A DNA stretch of 61,916 nt, the filler included. It is 3 parts of 3 records of this genome, joined end to end, with 100 filler letters (N's around TTAATTAATTAA, not from the genome) between each part and the next. Parts side by side here need not be neighbours in the genome. Positions count along the whole stretch, not along the records: positions 48,928 to 61,916 come from SRR20825006_1552; 2 more parts are not named here. One strand, written 5' to 3'. Position numbers and translations under genes: made by a program. A model generated the notes under the pieces. It saw only the letters and a list, made by a program, of their open reading frames with translations. It did not search any database and was not told the origin of the DNA. The stretch's first letter is position 1. Every line of letters starts with the position of its first letter. Shown piece by piece: positions 50,821 to 61,916 of this stretch.

Positions 50821-50941
50821 ACTTCTCTCTTATTTAAATATGCGAAACTAAATATATAACGAAGAATATCATCAAAAATATTTAATACTTCTATCTCGCG
50901 CAATTATACATCAATTTATCTAGACCTAGATATCTTGCAAA

Positions 50942-50976
50942 TAAAAACCGGATAGCAATTGAATTACTATCCGGTT
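50942..50976 (-). terminator. Intrinsic terminator after susD
   Basis: AACCGGATAG...CTATCCGGTT with a T-run on the minus strand. Confidence 0.75.
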
Positions 50977-50999
50977 CTAATATTTATCCAGAATGTCGA

Positions 51000-52514
51000 T
51001 TAATTCTGACCTCCAAGATTTGTATTAAATAAAATCTCGTTTTGAGGAATCTCATAAGTTAACTTCTCGTCATCATGTGAGAATGATTGACCAGCAAAAT
51101 CTAACCAGTTAGAGCCTCTAGTACGAGTTTCACGTCTTCTCTTCATAATGAAATAAGATTGACCTTCTCCCCAAAGCTCTAATCTCGCTTGCAAAGCAGC
51201 TTCTTCGGCTAAATCAGTAGTTGCCATTGCATCAATATAAGATGAATCATCCAACCTTAAGTCTAGGACTGCTTTTAAGCTAGTTCTAGCTGCAGCAAAA
51301 TTTCCGTTTTCAGCAGCAGCTTCGGCATGCAATAAATACATTTCTGCAATTCGCATATAATGAGAATCCGAATCGATATTCACCTGAGGACCTGAAAATA
51401 ATCCAAAACCGTTCAGCTCGGCTCCTTTATAATAAAACTTACCTAATGGTCGTAGATCAGAATTAAACTGATATAATCTAATATCATCTTCTCTAAAGTT
51501 ACTATATAAGCCAGCATCCATTCCTTTTGGATTACCTACAGCAGCATAGCTATAACTATAAGCATCCATAAAGCCCCACCAAGAAAATAATGAAGCAAGA
51601 CCTTGCCCTTGAGGAGTAATATCAATTCCCCATAGAACTCCTGGAATGCTATTGATATCGTTGAATCCACCAACACTACCATCTTCACCCGGTAGTAATG
51701 CCACTTCATCAGCCGTCATAATTGGATATCCAGCATCTATAACCTTTTTAGCGTACTCTTCAGTTTTAGGCCAGTTATTCATAGCTCCATAAAGTCGAGC
51801 CAATAATCCCCTTACAACATCCTGGTTAATTTCAATCTTAGCATCTCTATTAAAACCTTCAAGTAAAGTCTCCGCTTCTAATAAATCATTTAAAGCAACA
51901 TCAAATACTTCTTGAAGTGTACTTTTGGGCATATCAAGATCGTTTGCACTTGTATAAATAGGCAAAACTTCTTTAGATAAATCTGAAATATCATTCACAT
52001 AAATGTGAGCAAGGAAATAATATGCATATCCTCTCAAAGCTTTAGCCTGACCGATAGTGAATCTTCCTGTTTCAGTTTCAGGCACCACATCATTACCACC
52101 AGCTCCATCAATAACCAAGTTTGACAAGTTAATGATTCGATATAAGAACCTCCATCCTCTGTAATTGTAAGCATTATCAGGATCTAGAGTTGCAGTTAAT
52201 TCTGAGATTTGAGTTTGTCTGTTATAACTCTTTCCTAAATGAGCCATATCCGCCGACATCATGTCTAATTGAATATACTGCGTTGTGATTCCGAAATCTT
52301 CTTGACTATCAGTACCACCACTACCTCGACGATATAAGTTCTCATAAATACCCAATAATGTACCAGCTGATACATCAGGGTTAATTTCCGCAGCTTCAGA
52401 AACCTGCTCTGCAGATAAAGTCTCTGTTGGGTAAACTTCTAGATAGTCTTCACTACAAGACGCCAGCAAGAGAAGAGCCCCACCGAAATAAATAATTTTT
52501 CTTAACATTTTCAT
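51000..52514 (-). CDS. RagB/SusD family lipoprotein
   Basis: Lipobox LASC; AKALRGYAY, MRIAEMYL, ELWGEG, IPQNE. Confidence 0.92.
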   Translation of the reverse strand: MKMLRKIIYFGGALLLLASCSEDYLEVYPTETLSAEQVSEAAEINPDVSAGTLLGIYENLYRRGSGGTDSQEDFGITTQYIQLDMMSADMAHLGKSYNRQTQISELTATLDPDNAYNYRGWRFLYRIINLSNLVIDGAGGNDVVPETETGRFTIGQAKALRGYAYYFLAHIYVNDISDLSKEVLPIYTSANDLDMPKSTLQEVFDVALNDLLEAETLLEGFNRDAKIEINQDVVRGLLARLYGAMNNWPKTEEYAKKVIDAGYPIMTADEVALLPGEDGSVGGFNDINSIPGVLWGIDITPQGQGLASLFSWWGFMDAYSYSYAAVGNPKGMDAGLYSNFREDDIRLYQFNSDLRPLGKFYYKGAELNGFGLFSGPQVNIDSDSHYMRIAEMYLLHAEAAAENGNFAAARTSLKAVLDLRLDDSSYIDAMATTDLAEEAALQARLELWGEGQSYFIMKRRRETRTRGSNWLDFAGQSFSHDDEKLTYEIPQNEILFNTNLGGQN

Positions 52515-52520
52515 ATTTTT

Positions 52521-55500
52521 TTATAAAGTTAAATTAACACCAAATACAATAGTAGATAATGGTGCATAGCTATAAAAGTCAGAGTTACCTGTAGCAGACG
52601 TAGAAGGATTGAAACCTTTTCTAGCAGACCAGAAAGCAAGGTTATCACCAGTCACAAAGAAATCAAGGTTAGAAAGGCCCATTTTTTCTACAAAGTTAGC
52701 AGGCATTGTATACCCCAAACGAATATTATTTAAAGCCAAGAAATCAGCTTTAGTCAAAAATCTCGTTGAAGTAGCATTTTGCTGAATTTGAAATCTAGCA
52801 TCTTGACGTGGAATATCAGTAACATCTCCAGGCGACATCCAACGATCTCTGATGTCTACGTGAAAGTTATTGGTACCTGCATAATCATTGTCCATTAAAG
52901 AAGCATAAGCTCCATCATAAGACCACCCTCCTAAAGAATAAGCAAATAAAGCACTTAGAGAGAAAGCACCATACTCAGCATTTAAACGGAAAGAACCGGT
53001 AATATCAGGAATTGCTGTTTTATCTATGAACTTATCTGCTGCTTCAGCATACACTTCTGTAATATCTTGAACAATATTTGCTTCTGGGTTATCATTCATA
53101 TAACCTGTCAAAGAAGTAATGATAACATCATCTCCTCCAAACGTACCATTGTTGTCAACATCGTCAAAATAACGCTCCCATTGCGCAGCACCATTCTCAC
53201 TATTAACACCGGCATAAACAGGCATATACCAATCATATAATGATCTACCAGCCGTACGACCATAACTACCATCTTGATCAAATCGCTGCTCCTCTCCAGT
53301 AGTTGGATCAATAGGAAGCGCCACAAGTTCGTTTGACAACAAGGCTCCATTCACCCCGACATTCAAGCGGAATTTACCGTTGTTAACAACTTTAAAGTCA
53401 AGATCAAATTCAACCCCTGTGTTCAACATTTCACCGTCATTTACACGAATGTTAGCAAAACCATTTGAAGGCCCTACGTTTCTTGTAAAAAACATATCTG
53501 TTGTGGTCTTTCTGTAGTATTCTAACGAACCATCAACAAAGTTTCCTAATTCAAACTCAGCACCTACGTTAAACTGGTTTGAGCTCTCCCAAGTAAGATC
53601 TGGGTTACCTCTTGTAGTAAATGCTAATGAGATATTATCATTAAGGTTGTTGATAGAGTATAAGTTATAACCAGGATATAGACCTATACCTGCAGAGTTA
53701 CCAAGAACACCATAACTCGCTTTTAATTTTAAGAAATCCACAAAGTTAGAGCTATTTAAAAACTGTTCTTGAGTTAATACCCAAGCGGCACCTACAGAGT
53801 AAAAATTACCCCATTTTTCATTTACAAAACGTGAAGACGCATCTCTGTTAAATGTAGCATTCAAGAAATACTTATTAGCAAAATCCACAGTTGCGTTTGC
53901 TATATAACTCTCAGTTCTCTCATCTCTTGTAAACCCGTCACTTGGATTATTAACAACACCATTTGAAATATTTGGTCCAAAAGGAGTTACCAAATTAGAA
54001 CGGCTCGCTAGCAAATAGTTAAACTCATAAGCAGTCGCAACGTGAGATAGGAATGCAGAAACATTAAATTCGCCAAAACGCTTGTTATAACGCAATCCAG
54101 TTCTAAGGGTATAGTTTTGTGTTTCAGATCTTGATCTATCAATTCTACCACCGTCTCCTTGTGAAGGGCTATAGAACGGTTCGTTTAGCGTGGTATTATC
54201 ATTCATGTAATACTGAAACGCAAAGTTATTCTCTAATGTCAAACCATCTAATAATGTCAACTTGAAGTCATTATTAAAGTTAACCGCATTACCTTTATTG
54301 TTGCTGATGTTAATTTGAGAATCAGCCACACCATTGGTAGCAAAACCAAAACCACGACCATCTTCTAAACCATAATCATATAAGAAACCACCGTAAATAG
54401 GATCAGGAATTCTGTTACCATCAGCATCTCTACGGAATAATGGGTAGATAGGTGGTATGTTATCAATCCACCAGAACTGAGAAGATGAAGAAGAACCGGT
54501 ACCATTATTATTTTGCTCACTCTGAGCATAGTTAATAGTAGTAGTTAAATCGATAATATCTAAGATATTATTTGTAGCTGTCACACGACCATTCAATCTC
54601 TGGTAATCTGTATTACTTGCATACCCTATATCATCGATAAAACCAAATGAAGCGTACACTGAAGACTTTTCTCCGCTATTTGAAACAGAAACATTAGCCT
54701 CTGTTCTGTTAGAGCTTTGAAAAGCAAAATCCTCCCAACTCTCTGGAGTATATCTTCTAGTTACACCCGGCCGTACCATACCGGTTGCCGGATCAATTAA
54801 TTGGGCAACAGCCGCTGCATCACTACCTCCAATATTCCACATATTATATACAGGCGAAATATCAGAAACATCTGCATTAGCCCCTTCGAATAAGTTGGCA
54901 TTTGCATAGTCGATTGCGGCAGCTTGATCACCGTCGTTTTCTAACAAACCTCTTTGATAGATTCCTTCCCAAGAAATTCCAATATATTCTTCAGGAGAAC
55001 TAATTGTTTCATATCTGTCAATACCTTGATAGTTTGTACCGGTTTTGATTGACACATTTAAACGACTTGCTTCACCCTTACCTTTCTTAGTTGTAATTAC
55101 AATTACCCCATTTGCACCTCGCGCACCATACAGTGATGTTGCAGATGCATCCTTAAGAATAGTAACCGATTTGATATCATTGGGATTGATATCATTAAGA
55201 CTTCCTCCAAATGGAGCGTCATCAACTACATAAAGAGGATCATTACTACCATTGATAGATCCAAAACCGCGGATTCTAATTTGCGAAGTACTACCAGGCT
55301 GACCAGTTGTGTTAAATACTGCAACTCCAGCTGCCTCTCCCGCTAGTGCCTGAGAAACGTTTGAAAAAGACTTCTTTGAGATTTGTTCACCTCCTACAAC
55401 TTTTGCTGAACCTGCAAATGATGTTTTAGAAACATTACCAAAACCAGTAACCACCACCTCATCTAACTCCTCACCTGCTTGCATAGAAACACTGATAGTT

Positions 55501-55766
55501 GAAGAAGCTCCTACGGCCACTACTTGATCTTGAAAACCAATGTAAGAAAAAACAAGGTTCTGCCCTTGCTCTGCGCTGATAGAATAATTCCCATCAAAGT
55601 CAGTTTGAGTACCAACACTGGTTCCTTGAACCACAATGTTTACCCCTGGTAGCGGCATACTATTGCCGTCAGTTACTGTACCAGTAACAGTTTTTTGCTG
55701 AGCGAATGTCAACTGTGTTAAAAACAGTAAACCTAGCGCAAAGCACCACGTAATTTTTGATTTCAT
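52521..55766 (-). CDS. SusC/RagA family TonB-dependent transporter
   Basis: TQTDFDGNY, PLYVVD, LKDASATSLYGARGANGVIVITTK, NPDLTWE; start at 55766 inferred. Confidence 0.95.
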   Translation of the reverse strand: MKSKITWCFALGLLFLTQLTFAQQKTVTGTVTDGNSMPLPGVNIVVQGTSVGTQTDFDGNYSISAEQGQNLVFSYIGFQDQVVAVGASSTISVSMQAGEELDEVVVTGFGNVSKTSFAGSAKVVGGEQISKKSFSNVSQALAGEAAGVAVFNTTGQPGSTSQIRIRGFGSINGSNDPLYVVDDAPFGGSLNDINPNDIKSVTILKDASATSLYGARGANGVIVITTKKGKGEASRLNVSIKTGTNYQGIDRYETISSPEEYIGISWEGIYQRGLLENDGDQAAAIDYANANLFEGANADVSDISPVYNMWNIGGSDAAAVAQLIDPATGMVRPGVTRRYTPESWEDFAFQSSNRTEANVSVSNSGEKSSVYASFGFIDDIGYASNTDYQRLNGRVTATNNILDIIDLTTTINYAQSEQNNNGTGSSSSSQFWWIDNIPPIYPLFRRDADGNRIPDPIYGGFLYDYGLEDGRGFGFATNGVADSQINISNNKGNAVNFNNDFKLTLLDGLTLENNFAFQYYMNDNTTLNEPFYSPSQGDGGRIDRSRSETQNYTLRTGLRYNKRFGEFNVSAFLSHVATAYEFNYLLASRSNLVTPFGPNISNGVVNNPSDGFTRDERTESYIANATVDFANKYFLNATFNRDASSRFVNEKWGNFYSVGAAWVLTQEQFLNSSNFVDFLKLKASYGVLGNSAGIGLYPGYNLYSINNLNDNISLAFTTRGNPDLTWESSNQFNVGAEFELGNFVDGSLEYYRKTTTDMFFTRNVGPSNGFANIRVNDGEMLNTGVEFDLDFKVVNNGKFRLNVGVNGALLSNELVALPIDPTTGEEQRFDQDGSYGRTAGRSLYDWYMPVYAGVNSENGAAQWERYFDDVDNNGTFGGDDVIITSLTGYMNDNPEANIVQDITEVYAEAADKFIDKTAIPDITGSFRLNAEYGAFSLSALFAYSLGGWSYDGAYASLMDNDYAGTNNFHVDIRDRWMSPGDVTDIPRQDARFQIQQNATSTRFLTKADFLALNNIRLGYTMPANFVEKMGLSNLDFFVTGDNLAFWSARKGFNPSTSATGNSDFYSYAPLSTIVFGVNLTL

Positions 55767-56021
55767 AAATTTATTTATTTGAATTAGCCATCGCAAACAT
55801 CTTAAAAGTTTCTTAGAATTACAACGAATTTTTAGATACATTTAAGATTTAACATAGTAAATAATTAAAATAAACGTTTTAATTAGCTTTTATTTAACAG
55901 ATACTCAGCTAATCAAAGTATTTTCAAAAAATATTTTAATAAGTACATAATTTTTTAAAATTCAACTCTTTAAGAGCATCTTCGCTTAGCAATTTTGAAA
56001 ATAGTTCTATTTTGCACCTCT

Positions 56022-56624
56022 ATGATTTTGAAATTACGTTCACAAAATAAATTAATAGAATGCGGTACCGATGAAGCTGGAAGAGGCTGTTTATCAGGCC
56101 CCGTCACTGCTGCGGCCGTTATTCTACCCGACTCTTTTGTTAATGAAACCTTAACAGATTCCAAATTACTTAATCATAAGTCTCGTGAATTATTGCGGCC
56201 TATAATTGAAAAAGAAGCTCTTGCTTATGGCATTGCTCACGTTTTTCCGGATGAGATTGACACTATTAATATCCTTAATGCATCAATAAAGGCGATGCAC
56301 TTGGCTATAGAACAGCTGCAACAAGAGCCTAAACATATTTTAGTTGATGGTAATCGCTTTAAACCTTATAAAGATTGCTCGCACGAATGTATCATAAAGG
56401 GGGATAGTAAATTTTTATCTATCGCTGCTGCATCAGTTTTAGCAAAAACGGAACGGGATCGATATATGACGGACTTGCATATGCAATTTCCGCAATACAA
56501 CTGGAAGAAAAATAAGGGATACCCCACTAAAGAGCATCGAGAAGCTATCAAAGCATACGGACTTACCCCACATCATCGTAAAAGTTTCAAACAATTACCT
56601 GAGCAGCTTCGGCTTGACATTTAA
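56022..56624 (+). CDS. rnhB: Ribonuclease HII
   Basis: [33 protein letters not shown]. Confidence 0.96.
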   Translation: MILKLRSQNKLIECGTDEAGRGCLSGPVTAAAVILPDSFVNETLTDSKLLNHKSRELLRPIIEKEALAYGIAHVFPDEIDTINILNASIKAMHLAIEQLQQEPKHILVDGNRFKPYKDCSHECIIKGDSKFLSIAAASVLAKTERDRYMTDLHMQFPQYNWKKNKGYPTKEHREAIKAYGLTPHHRKSFKQLPEQLRLDI

Positions 56625-56688
56625 GGTTGTGTAAACAGATATTCTGACTTAAGAGTACTTACCTTTGCTGTGTTTAAAATGTATTCTA

Positions 56689-59172
56689 ATGAGGAGACTT
56701 GCTTTAGCGTTCGCACTTTTGTTCTTAATCACTAACTGCAAACAAACACCAACTACTAATACCAATTTACTGCATCTCATACCTCAAAAATCTGCAGCTA
56801 TTCTTAGAATACCTGATTGGGACGCTTTCAATGAAACGCTTAAAATCAATGAACCCTCGGCTGTTTTAAATGAAACCGGTTTCTATAATACACTTCTAGA
56901 GTATGCAGACCTGCTCAAAAAATTCGCGCCCAAGGACGATGCATATCTTGCTTTTGTTGCTCTTGGAGATAATGATTTTGATCTAGCGCTCATCACTAAA
57001 AATCATCCGAAGCTCCTACAAACAGATTCTGTTTTCACTAAAAATATCACTTCTTACGAGTATGAGGAAACCACAGTAAACAGCATCACTTCGACAAAAT
57101 CTCCAGTTTACTTTTTGAACAATGAAGATGTTTTTATTGCAAGTACTTCAAAACTGATCCTCGAAAACACAATCCTTCAAAACAATACAGGACGGGATCC
57201 TATTGATCTCTCACTGGAACAGATGATCAAGACCAGTGATAATGGCAGTCCTAATATATATGTGCGTGGTTCTTATTTTAAAAGGTTATTTAAAACCATA
57301 ATTCCTGATTTCAAATTTTTAGACTCAGAAATTCCTTTTCAATGGTTGGCGCTTGATATTGATCTGGACACCAAGACAGCTTTAAGCTTAAGTGGAGTCT
57401 TGACTTCTGAACAAAATGGCAAACAAACTTTTGACCTTTTACAAGACTTGAACCCGGCACCCTCTAAACTTATTCCTAATGCACCGGCGCAATGCCGAGG
57501 TGTAATTAGTTTTCAGTATGAGGAATGGGAAACCTACAAAAACAATCTTGCTAAAAAACGAAATGCTTCAGTCAAGGATTTTTCTGTGCCTTTGGAAGAC
57601 TACATTGCTTCGATCAATGAGCTCGCAGTGGTCTACACTAATGAACAAAACCTACTACTCAATTACAGTAATGATATTACAATTTCCGAAAAGGCACTTG
57701 CGCCCATTTCAACCAAATCTGAAACATTTAGAGCATTAGATATTTATAAAATATCTGATTCTACTTTTATTAAAAGCACCTTTAAAGAGCTTTTGAACCC
57801 TCCCACCGTAAACTATTATTGTACGCTAGGTAATCTTATAGCTTTTGCTCAATCGCAAGACCTTATCAAAGATTATATCGCTAATTATCAAAATGAAGCG
57901 CTTTTAAAGAAAACGCCGGCATACAACACGCTTGCTAAAAAAATGAGTGACGCTTCAACGCTTACTTATTATGGTAACACCAACTTATTAGCTACTTACC
58001 TCTCTGATAAAGTGTCAAAAACCGAAGCAAAAAAACTGAAAGCAATTGATTTTGAACAATTCCCGGCTGCAATGGTACAATTGGTCCAAGCTGATGATTT
58101 TACTTACGTAAATGCGCGTGTAGATAAAATTTCAGCAGCTAATACTGTAGCGCAAGTGGTTCAGACTGCGAGTGTTCAGCTCGATCAGGATCTTTTGAAT
58201 GCTCCGCAAATGCTTAGAAACTATCGTACCAAAGGTCAAAATATTCTTGTTCAGGATATTGGCAATACGCTTTATCATATAGATGCAAATGGTAAAATTG
58301 AATGGAAAAAGGAGTTAGATGGACCCATATTAGGCAAAATTCAACAGGTGGATCTTTATAAAAATGGCAGATTGCAATATGCCTTTACAACACCTTCTCA
58401 CTTCTACATTATTGCCAGTGACGGAACTGTTGTTAAACCTTTCGATCTCAACTACAGCAACATTAGTCAGCCTCTTGCCGTATTTGATTATAGTGGCAGT
58501 AGAGACTATCGTTTTGTGATCACACAAGGCAACACTTTAACGATGCTTGATCGGGAAGCCAATAAGGTCAAAGGTTTTGACTACACCGAAGCGCCCACTA
58601 CTCTTTTTAAAGCGCCTCAACACATCCGCTTAGGATCTAAAGATTATATTTTGGTCCAATTAACCTCTGGGAAACTGGAGATCTTAAACCGTCGCGGCGA
58701 GACGCGAATTCCACTTAAGGAAACATTTGATTTTGCCGAAAGTCGAATTTTTGAGAACGGTTCGGCATTTTTAGTCCGTGAAAAGAATGGCTCCTTAGTC
58801 GCTATTTCGCAAAGCGGAAAAACAAGTCGAAAAGCGCTAGGTAGCAGTTCTGAAATTCAGTACGATCGCCTTAACTCAACCGAAGCACTCCTGCTCCCCG
58901 AGCAACTTACTATTAATCAAAAAGCAATTCCTATAGACTTAGGCCTTTACACCGGTCTTAAGGTTATTAAGGCTAAAAATTCTTACTACGTTGCTATAAC
59001 TGACTTACAGAATAATAAATCTTTTCTCTACACCAGCAAAGGAACCTTGCTTTCCAATTTCCCTGTTTATGGCGCTTCAGAGTTAGATTTTGGCACGTTG
59101 CACAATTCTAAAGACTTAGGTTTAACGGTTAAAGGAGAGTCAGACAGTGTGTTGATCTATCAGATCAACTAA
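56689..59172 (+). CDS. Large hypothetical lipoprotein
   Basis: Lipobox-like ITNC; C-terminal propeller-like repeats (QVDLYKNGRLQ, NFPVYG). Confidence 0.75.
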   Translation: MRRLALAFALLFLITNCKQTPTTNTNLLHLIPQKSAAILRIPDWDAFNETLKINEPSAVLNETGFYNTLLEYADLLKKFAPKDDAYLAFVALGDNDFDLALITKNHPKLLQTDSVFTKNITSYEYEETTVNSITSTKSPVYFLNNEDVFIASTSKLILENTILQNNTGRDPIDLSLEQMIKTSDNGSPNIYVRGSYFKRLFKTIIPDFKFLDSEIPFQWLALDIDLDTKTALSLSGVLTSEQNGKQTFDLLQDLNPAPSKLIPNAPAQCRGVISFQYEEWETYKNNLAKKRNASVKDFSVPLEDYIASINELAVVYTNEQNLLLNYSNDITISEKALAPISTKSETFRALDIYKISDSTFIKSTFKELLNPPTVNYYCTLGNLIAFAQSQDLIKDYIANYQNEALLKKTPAYNTLAKKMSDASTLTYYGNTNLLATYLSDKVSKTEAKKLKAIDFEQFPAAMVQLVQADDFTYVNARVDKISAANTVAQVVQTASVQLDQDLLNAPQMLRNYRTKGQNILVQDIGNTLYHIDANGKIEWKKELDGPILGKIQQVDLYKNGRLQYAFTTPSHFYIIASDGTVVKPFDLNYSNISQPLAVFDYSGSRDYRFVITQGNTLTMLDREANKVKGFDYTEAPTTLFKAPQHIRLGSKDYILVQLTSGKLEILNRRGETRIPLKETFDFAESRIFENGSAFLVREKNGSLVAISQSGKTSRKALGSSSEIQYDRLNSTEALLLPEQLTINQKAIPIDLGLYTGLKVIKAKNSYYVAITDLQNNKSFLYTSKGTLLSNFPVYGASELDFGTLHNSKDLGLTVKGESDSVLIYQIN

Positions 59173-59339
59173 ACCTAAACAAACTGTTTTTCAAAGTGTT
59201 AAAAGGGCTTTTCACCCCTAAATCTGAGCTTTTATCTTAGTACCTTTATAGCTAAATAGCTTCCCTGAATACAGAGCCGCCTCCTAGATGTTTCTGTAAT
59301 GCTGTTTCCATTAAAAATTATGGACTTAAATAACAGCCT

Positions 59340-60023
59340 ATGAAAACTTCAGCCTTTTTTATTGTGAGTTTGCTTTACAGCATTTTTGCCAGTGCTCAAA
59401 ACCTATGCGCTGACAATCAAAAATTAACCGAAAAAACTTCTTTTGAAATCACCGCTTACGGAACTTCTAACACTTTAGTTGCGGTTACAAATTTTAATGT
59501 TTCTTCAACGTTCAATACGCTTTCAGGTCGAAAAGCGATCATTGCACAAATTGACAAAGATACACCAACCCAAGAACCTCAAAATTATTATTCGTTAGAA
59601 TGCGCTGATTCGACCTTATTGATCAACAACCGCAACATCATTCCTGCGTATGTTTTTGAAGAATATAGCAACATGAATTTTGATGCTTCAGCAAGCAGCA
59701 TAGCCATTCCTAAAAAACTTGATGTAGGTCAAAAATTGAGCAATGCGGCTTATGAAATTGAAGTCGAAGTAGCACCCATCACCCATAGACTGCATTATTT
59801 TTTAACCGATAGAATAGTGACTGCAAAAGAAACCATTAACACACCTGCAGGTACTTTTGAATGTTACTTGATCGAAGCCAAAACACATATGAAACCACGC
59901 AACAATAACACCGGAAGCGTTAAACAATGGTTTGCAGAAGATATTGGACTTGTAAAGCAAGTAGATTATAATGTAGAGGGTGCGATAACCGGAATCAATC
60001 TCCTTACTGATCTAAAATTCTGA
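59340..60023 (+). CDS. Secreted hypothetical protein (DUF3108/TapB-like)
   Basis: TPAGTFECY...WFAEDIGLVK. Confidence 0.7.
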   Translation: MKTSAFFIVSLLYSIFASAQNLCADNQKLTEKTSFEITAYGTSNTLVAVTNFNVSSTFNTLSGRKAIIAQIDKDTPTQEPQNYYSLECADSTLLINNRNIIPAYVFEEYSNMNFDASASSIAIPKKLDVGQKLSNAAYEIEVEVAPITHRLHYFLTDRIVTAKETINTPAGTFECYLIEAKTHMKPRNNNTGSVKQWFAEDIGLVKQVDYNVEGAITGINLLTDLKF

Positions 60024-60737
60024 TTACACAGAGGCCTTTTCCACCAACTCTGCTTCAAATAAATCGGCAAAATGTTTAAGTAATTTTGGCTTTACTTCTT
60101 CTAAAGGCACTTCACTACGCCCAAGTTCTACATTAAGCGAGGTCACAGCTTTTTCTTTAATTCCGCAAGGGATTATATTATCAAAATAACCAAGATTAGC
60201 ATTTACATTAAATGCAAAACCATGCATAGTAACCCATCTACTGGCGCGTACACCCATAGCGCAGATCTTTCTCGCAAACGGAGTGCCTACATCAAGCCAC
60301 ACACCGGTTTCCCCATCAGAACGTTGGGCTTTCAAACCGTATTCTGCTAAAGTTAAGATGATGGTTTCCTCCAGAAGCCTTAAGTATTTATGAATATCAG
60401 TAAAGAAATTTTCAAGATCTAAAATGGGATATCCCACAATTTGACCAGGACCGTGATACGTGATATCTCCGCCTCTATTGATCTTATAAAAGGTAGCATT
60501 TTTGGCCTTGAGTTGCTCTTCAGAAACCAACAAATTACTTATATCACCGCTCTTCCCTAAAGTATACACGTGCGGATGTTCTACAAATAAAAAGTGATTA
60601 GGCGTGGCAAAATCAGTTTCTTCGCGCCTGTTCTTAATTTTTAGATCTAAAATATCTTTAAACAGCTGCTCTTGATAATCCCAGACTTCCTTGTAGTCGC
60701 GATTTCCTAAATCCTGTACTTCTACTTGCTTATTCAT
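60024..60737 (-). CDS. lipB: Lipoyl(octanoyl) transferase
   Basis: EHPHVYTLG, RGGDITYHGPGQ, HGFAFNV, IIPCG. Confidence 0.97.
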   Translation of the reverse strand: MNKQVEVQDLGNRDYKEVWDYQEQLFKDILDLKIKNRREETDFATPNHFLFVEHPHVYTLGKSGDISNLLVSEEQLKAKNATFYKINRGGDITYHGPGQIVGYPILDLENFFTDIHKYLRLLEETIILTLAEYGLKAQRSDGETGVWLDVGTPFARKICAMGVRASRWVTMHGFAFNVNANLGYFDNIIPCGIKEKAVTSLNVELGRSEVPLEEVKPKLLKHFADLFEAELVEKASV

Positions 60738-60801
60738 ACTGCAAAGATACAATACATTTTAGCCTGCGCATAACTTCTAAAGCGATCAGCAACTAAGATG
60801 A

Positions 60802-60954
60802 TTAGCGCCGGTTTACAATAATTAATGCTGCAATAACGCCGGGAATCCAACCACAAAACCATAGCAGGGTTACTAATAATACAGAGCCGCACCCTTTATC
60901 AAGAACCGATAAAGGCGGCAAAAAGATGGCGATTAACGCCCTAAAAAAACTCAT
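60802..60954 (-). CDS. YqaE/Pmp3 family membrane peptide (50 aa)
   Basis: Hand translation: MSFFRALIAIFLPPLSVLDKGCGSVLLVTLLWFCGWIPGVIAALIIVNRR. Confidence 0.9.
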   Translation of the reverse strand: MSFFRALIAIFLPPLSVLDKGCGSVLLVTLLWFCGWIPGVIAALIIVNRR

Positions 60955-61042
60955 TTTTGATTTGATTTATGATGATTGATGGTCTATAAGACACAATTAC
61001 TAAGCTTTCGTTACAGTTATTGATTTCTCGGCTGCGAGTTGC

Positions 61043-61050
61043 TATATTTG
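61043..61050 (+). promoter_or_regulatory. Bacteroidota -7 promoter element upstream of lysS
   Basis: TATATTTG matches TAnnTTTG. Confidence 0.6.
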
Positions 61051-61073
61051 CGGGCTTAAATACAGACAGCATT

Positions 61074-61916
61074 ATGCAACTTTCAGAACAGGAAATTATC
61101 AGACGCGAGAAACTGGCAGGTTTACGCAAATTAAACATAAACCCATATCCGGCAGATTTGTATCCGGTAGATCACACTTCAGCGAAGATAAAACAGGATT
61201 TTGAAGACGGTAAGAAGGTGGTTATCGCCGGCAGATTGATGTCTCGTAGAATTCAAGGTAAAGCCTCTTTTGCAGAGTTGCAAGATTCAACCGGTCGTAT
61301 TCAAGTGTATTTTAATCGTGATGAGATCTGCCCGGGAGAGGATAAAACCCAGTACAATGACGTCTACAAAAAGTTACTCGATATTGGTGATTTTATAGGT
61401 ATTGAAGGTGAACTTTTTACCACTCAAGTAGGTGAGAAAACCGTGATGGTTAAACAATTCACGCTGCTTAGTAAAGCGCTTAAACCGCTTCCTTTGCCTA
61501 AAGTGGATAAAGATGGAAACGAATTTGACAAATTCAACGATCCTGAAATGCGCTATCGCCAGCGCTATGCAGATCTTGTAGTCAATCCAAAAGTTAAGGA
61601 CGTATTTGTTAAACGCACCAAGCTTTTTGCTGCAATGCGTAATTTCTTCAACGACAAGGGATATTTTGAGGTAGAAACTCCTATTCTACAATCTATTCCC
61701 GGAGGTGCTGCAGCACGACCTTTTGTTACGCACCACAATGCATTAGACATTCCATTGTATTTGAGAATTGCTAATGAGTTGTATCTAAAAAGATTGATCG
61801 TTGGTGGTTTTGATGGAGTTTATGAGTTCTCTAAAAACTTCAGAAATGAGGGAATGGACCGAACGCATAATCCAGAATTTACGGCAATGGAAATTTATGT
61901 AGCCTATAAAGACTAC
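61074..61916 (+). CDS. lysS: Lysine--tRNA ligase (runs off the window end)
   Basis: [60 protein letters not shown]. Confidence 0.97.
   Translation, partial: MQLSEQEIIRREKLAGLRKLNINPYPADLYPVDHTSAKIKQDFEDGKKVVIAGRLMSRRIQGKASFAELQDSTGRIQVYFNRDEICPGEDKTQYNDVYKKLLDIGDFIGIEGELFTTQVGEKTVMVKQFTLLSKALKPLPLPKVDKDGNEFDKFNDPEMRYRQRYADLVVNPKVKDVFVKRTKLFAAMRNFFNDKGYFEVETPILQSIPGGAAARPFVTHHNALDIPLYLRIANELYLKRLIVGGFDGVYEFSKNFRNEGMDRTHNPEFTAMEIYVAYKDY

Overview
The window is three unrelated contigs joined by artificial 100-bp linkers (44 N + TTAATTAATTAA + 44 N) at 23272-23371 and 48828-48927. Contig 1 (1-23271) is a GC-rich, proteobacterial-looking accessory island. It carries a low-GC orphan gene and a czcCBA-dmeF metal-efflux cluster, both bracketed by three directly oriented copies of a 24-bp imperfect palindrome. 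Next come a tRNA-shaped RNA with a 17-nt anticodon-loop insertion, an Xre regulator, and a Tn7-like tnsABC-tniQ module. The TnsA of that module appears to have lost its nuclease residues, and the module abuts a Cre-like tyrosine recombinase with a perfect 13-7-13 lox-like site. A DUF3883-type nuclease and a coupled operon encoding a MotA/ZorA-like protein, a MotB-like partner, a vWA-like protein and a membrane coiled-coil protein complete the contig. Contigs 2 and 3 are AT-richer Flavobacteriaceae-like chromosomal DNA (alaS, lemA/TPM, two OM beta-barrels, der, a glycosyltransferase/GH113/redox cluster, an LRR surface protein, susCD, rnhB, lipB, lysS). Best candidates for undescribed biology: the predicted replicative Tn7-like transposon with a Cre/lox-like resolution system, the Zorya-like motor operon, the 24-bp module-boundary repeats and the tRNA-like RNA. 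All family assignments come from motif recognition by eye; no database search was run.
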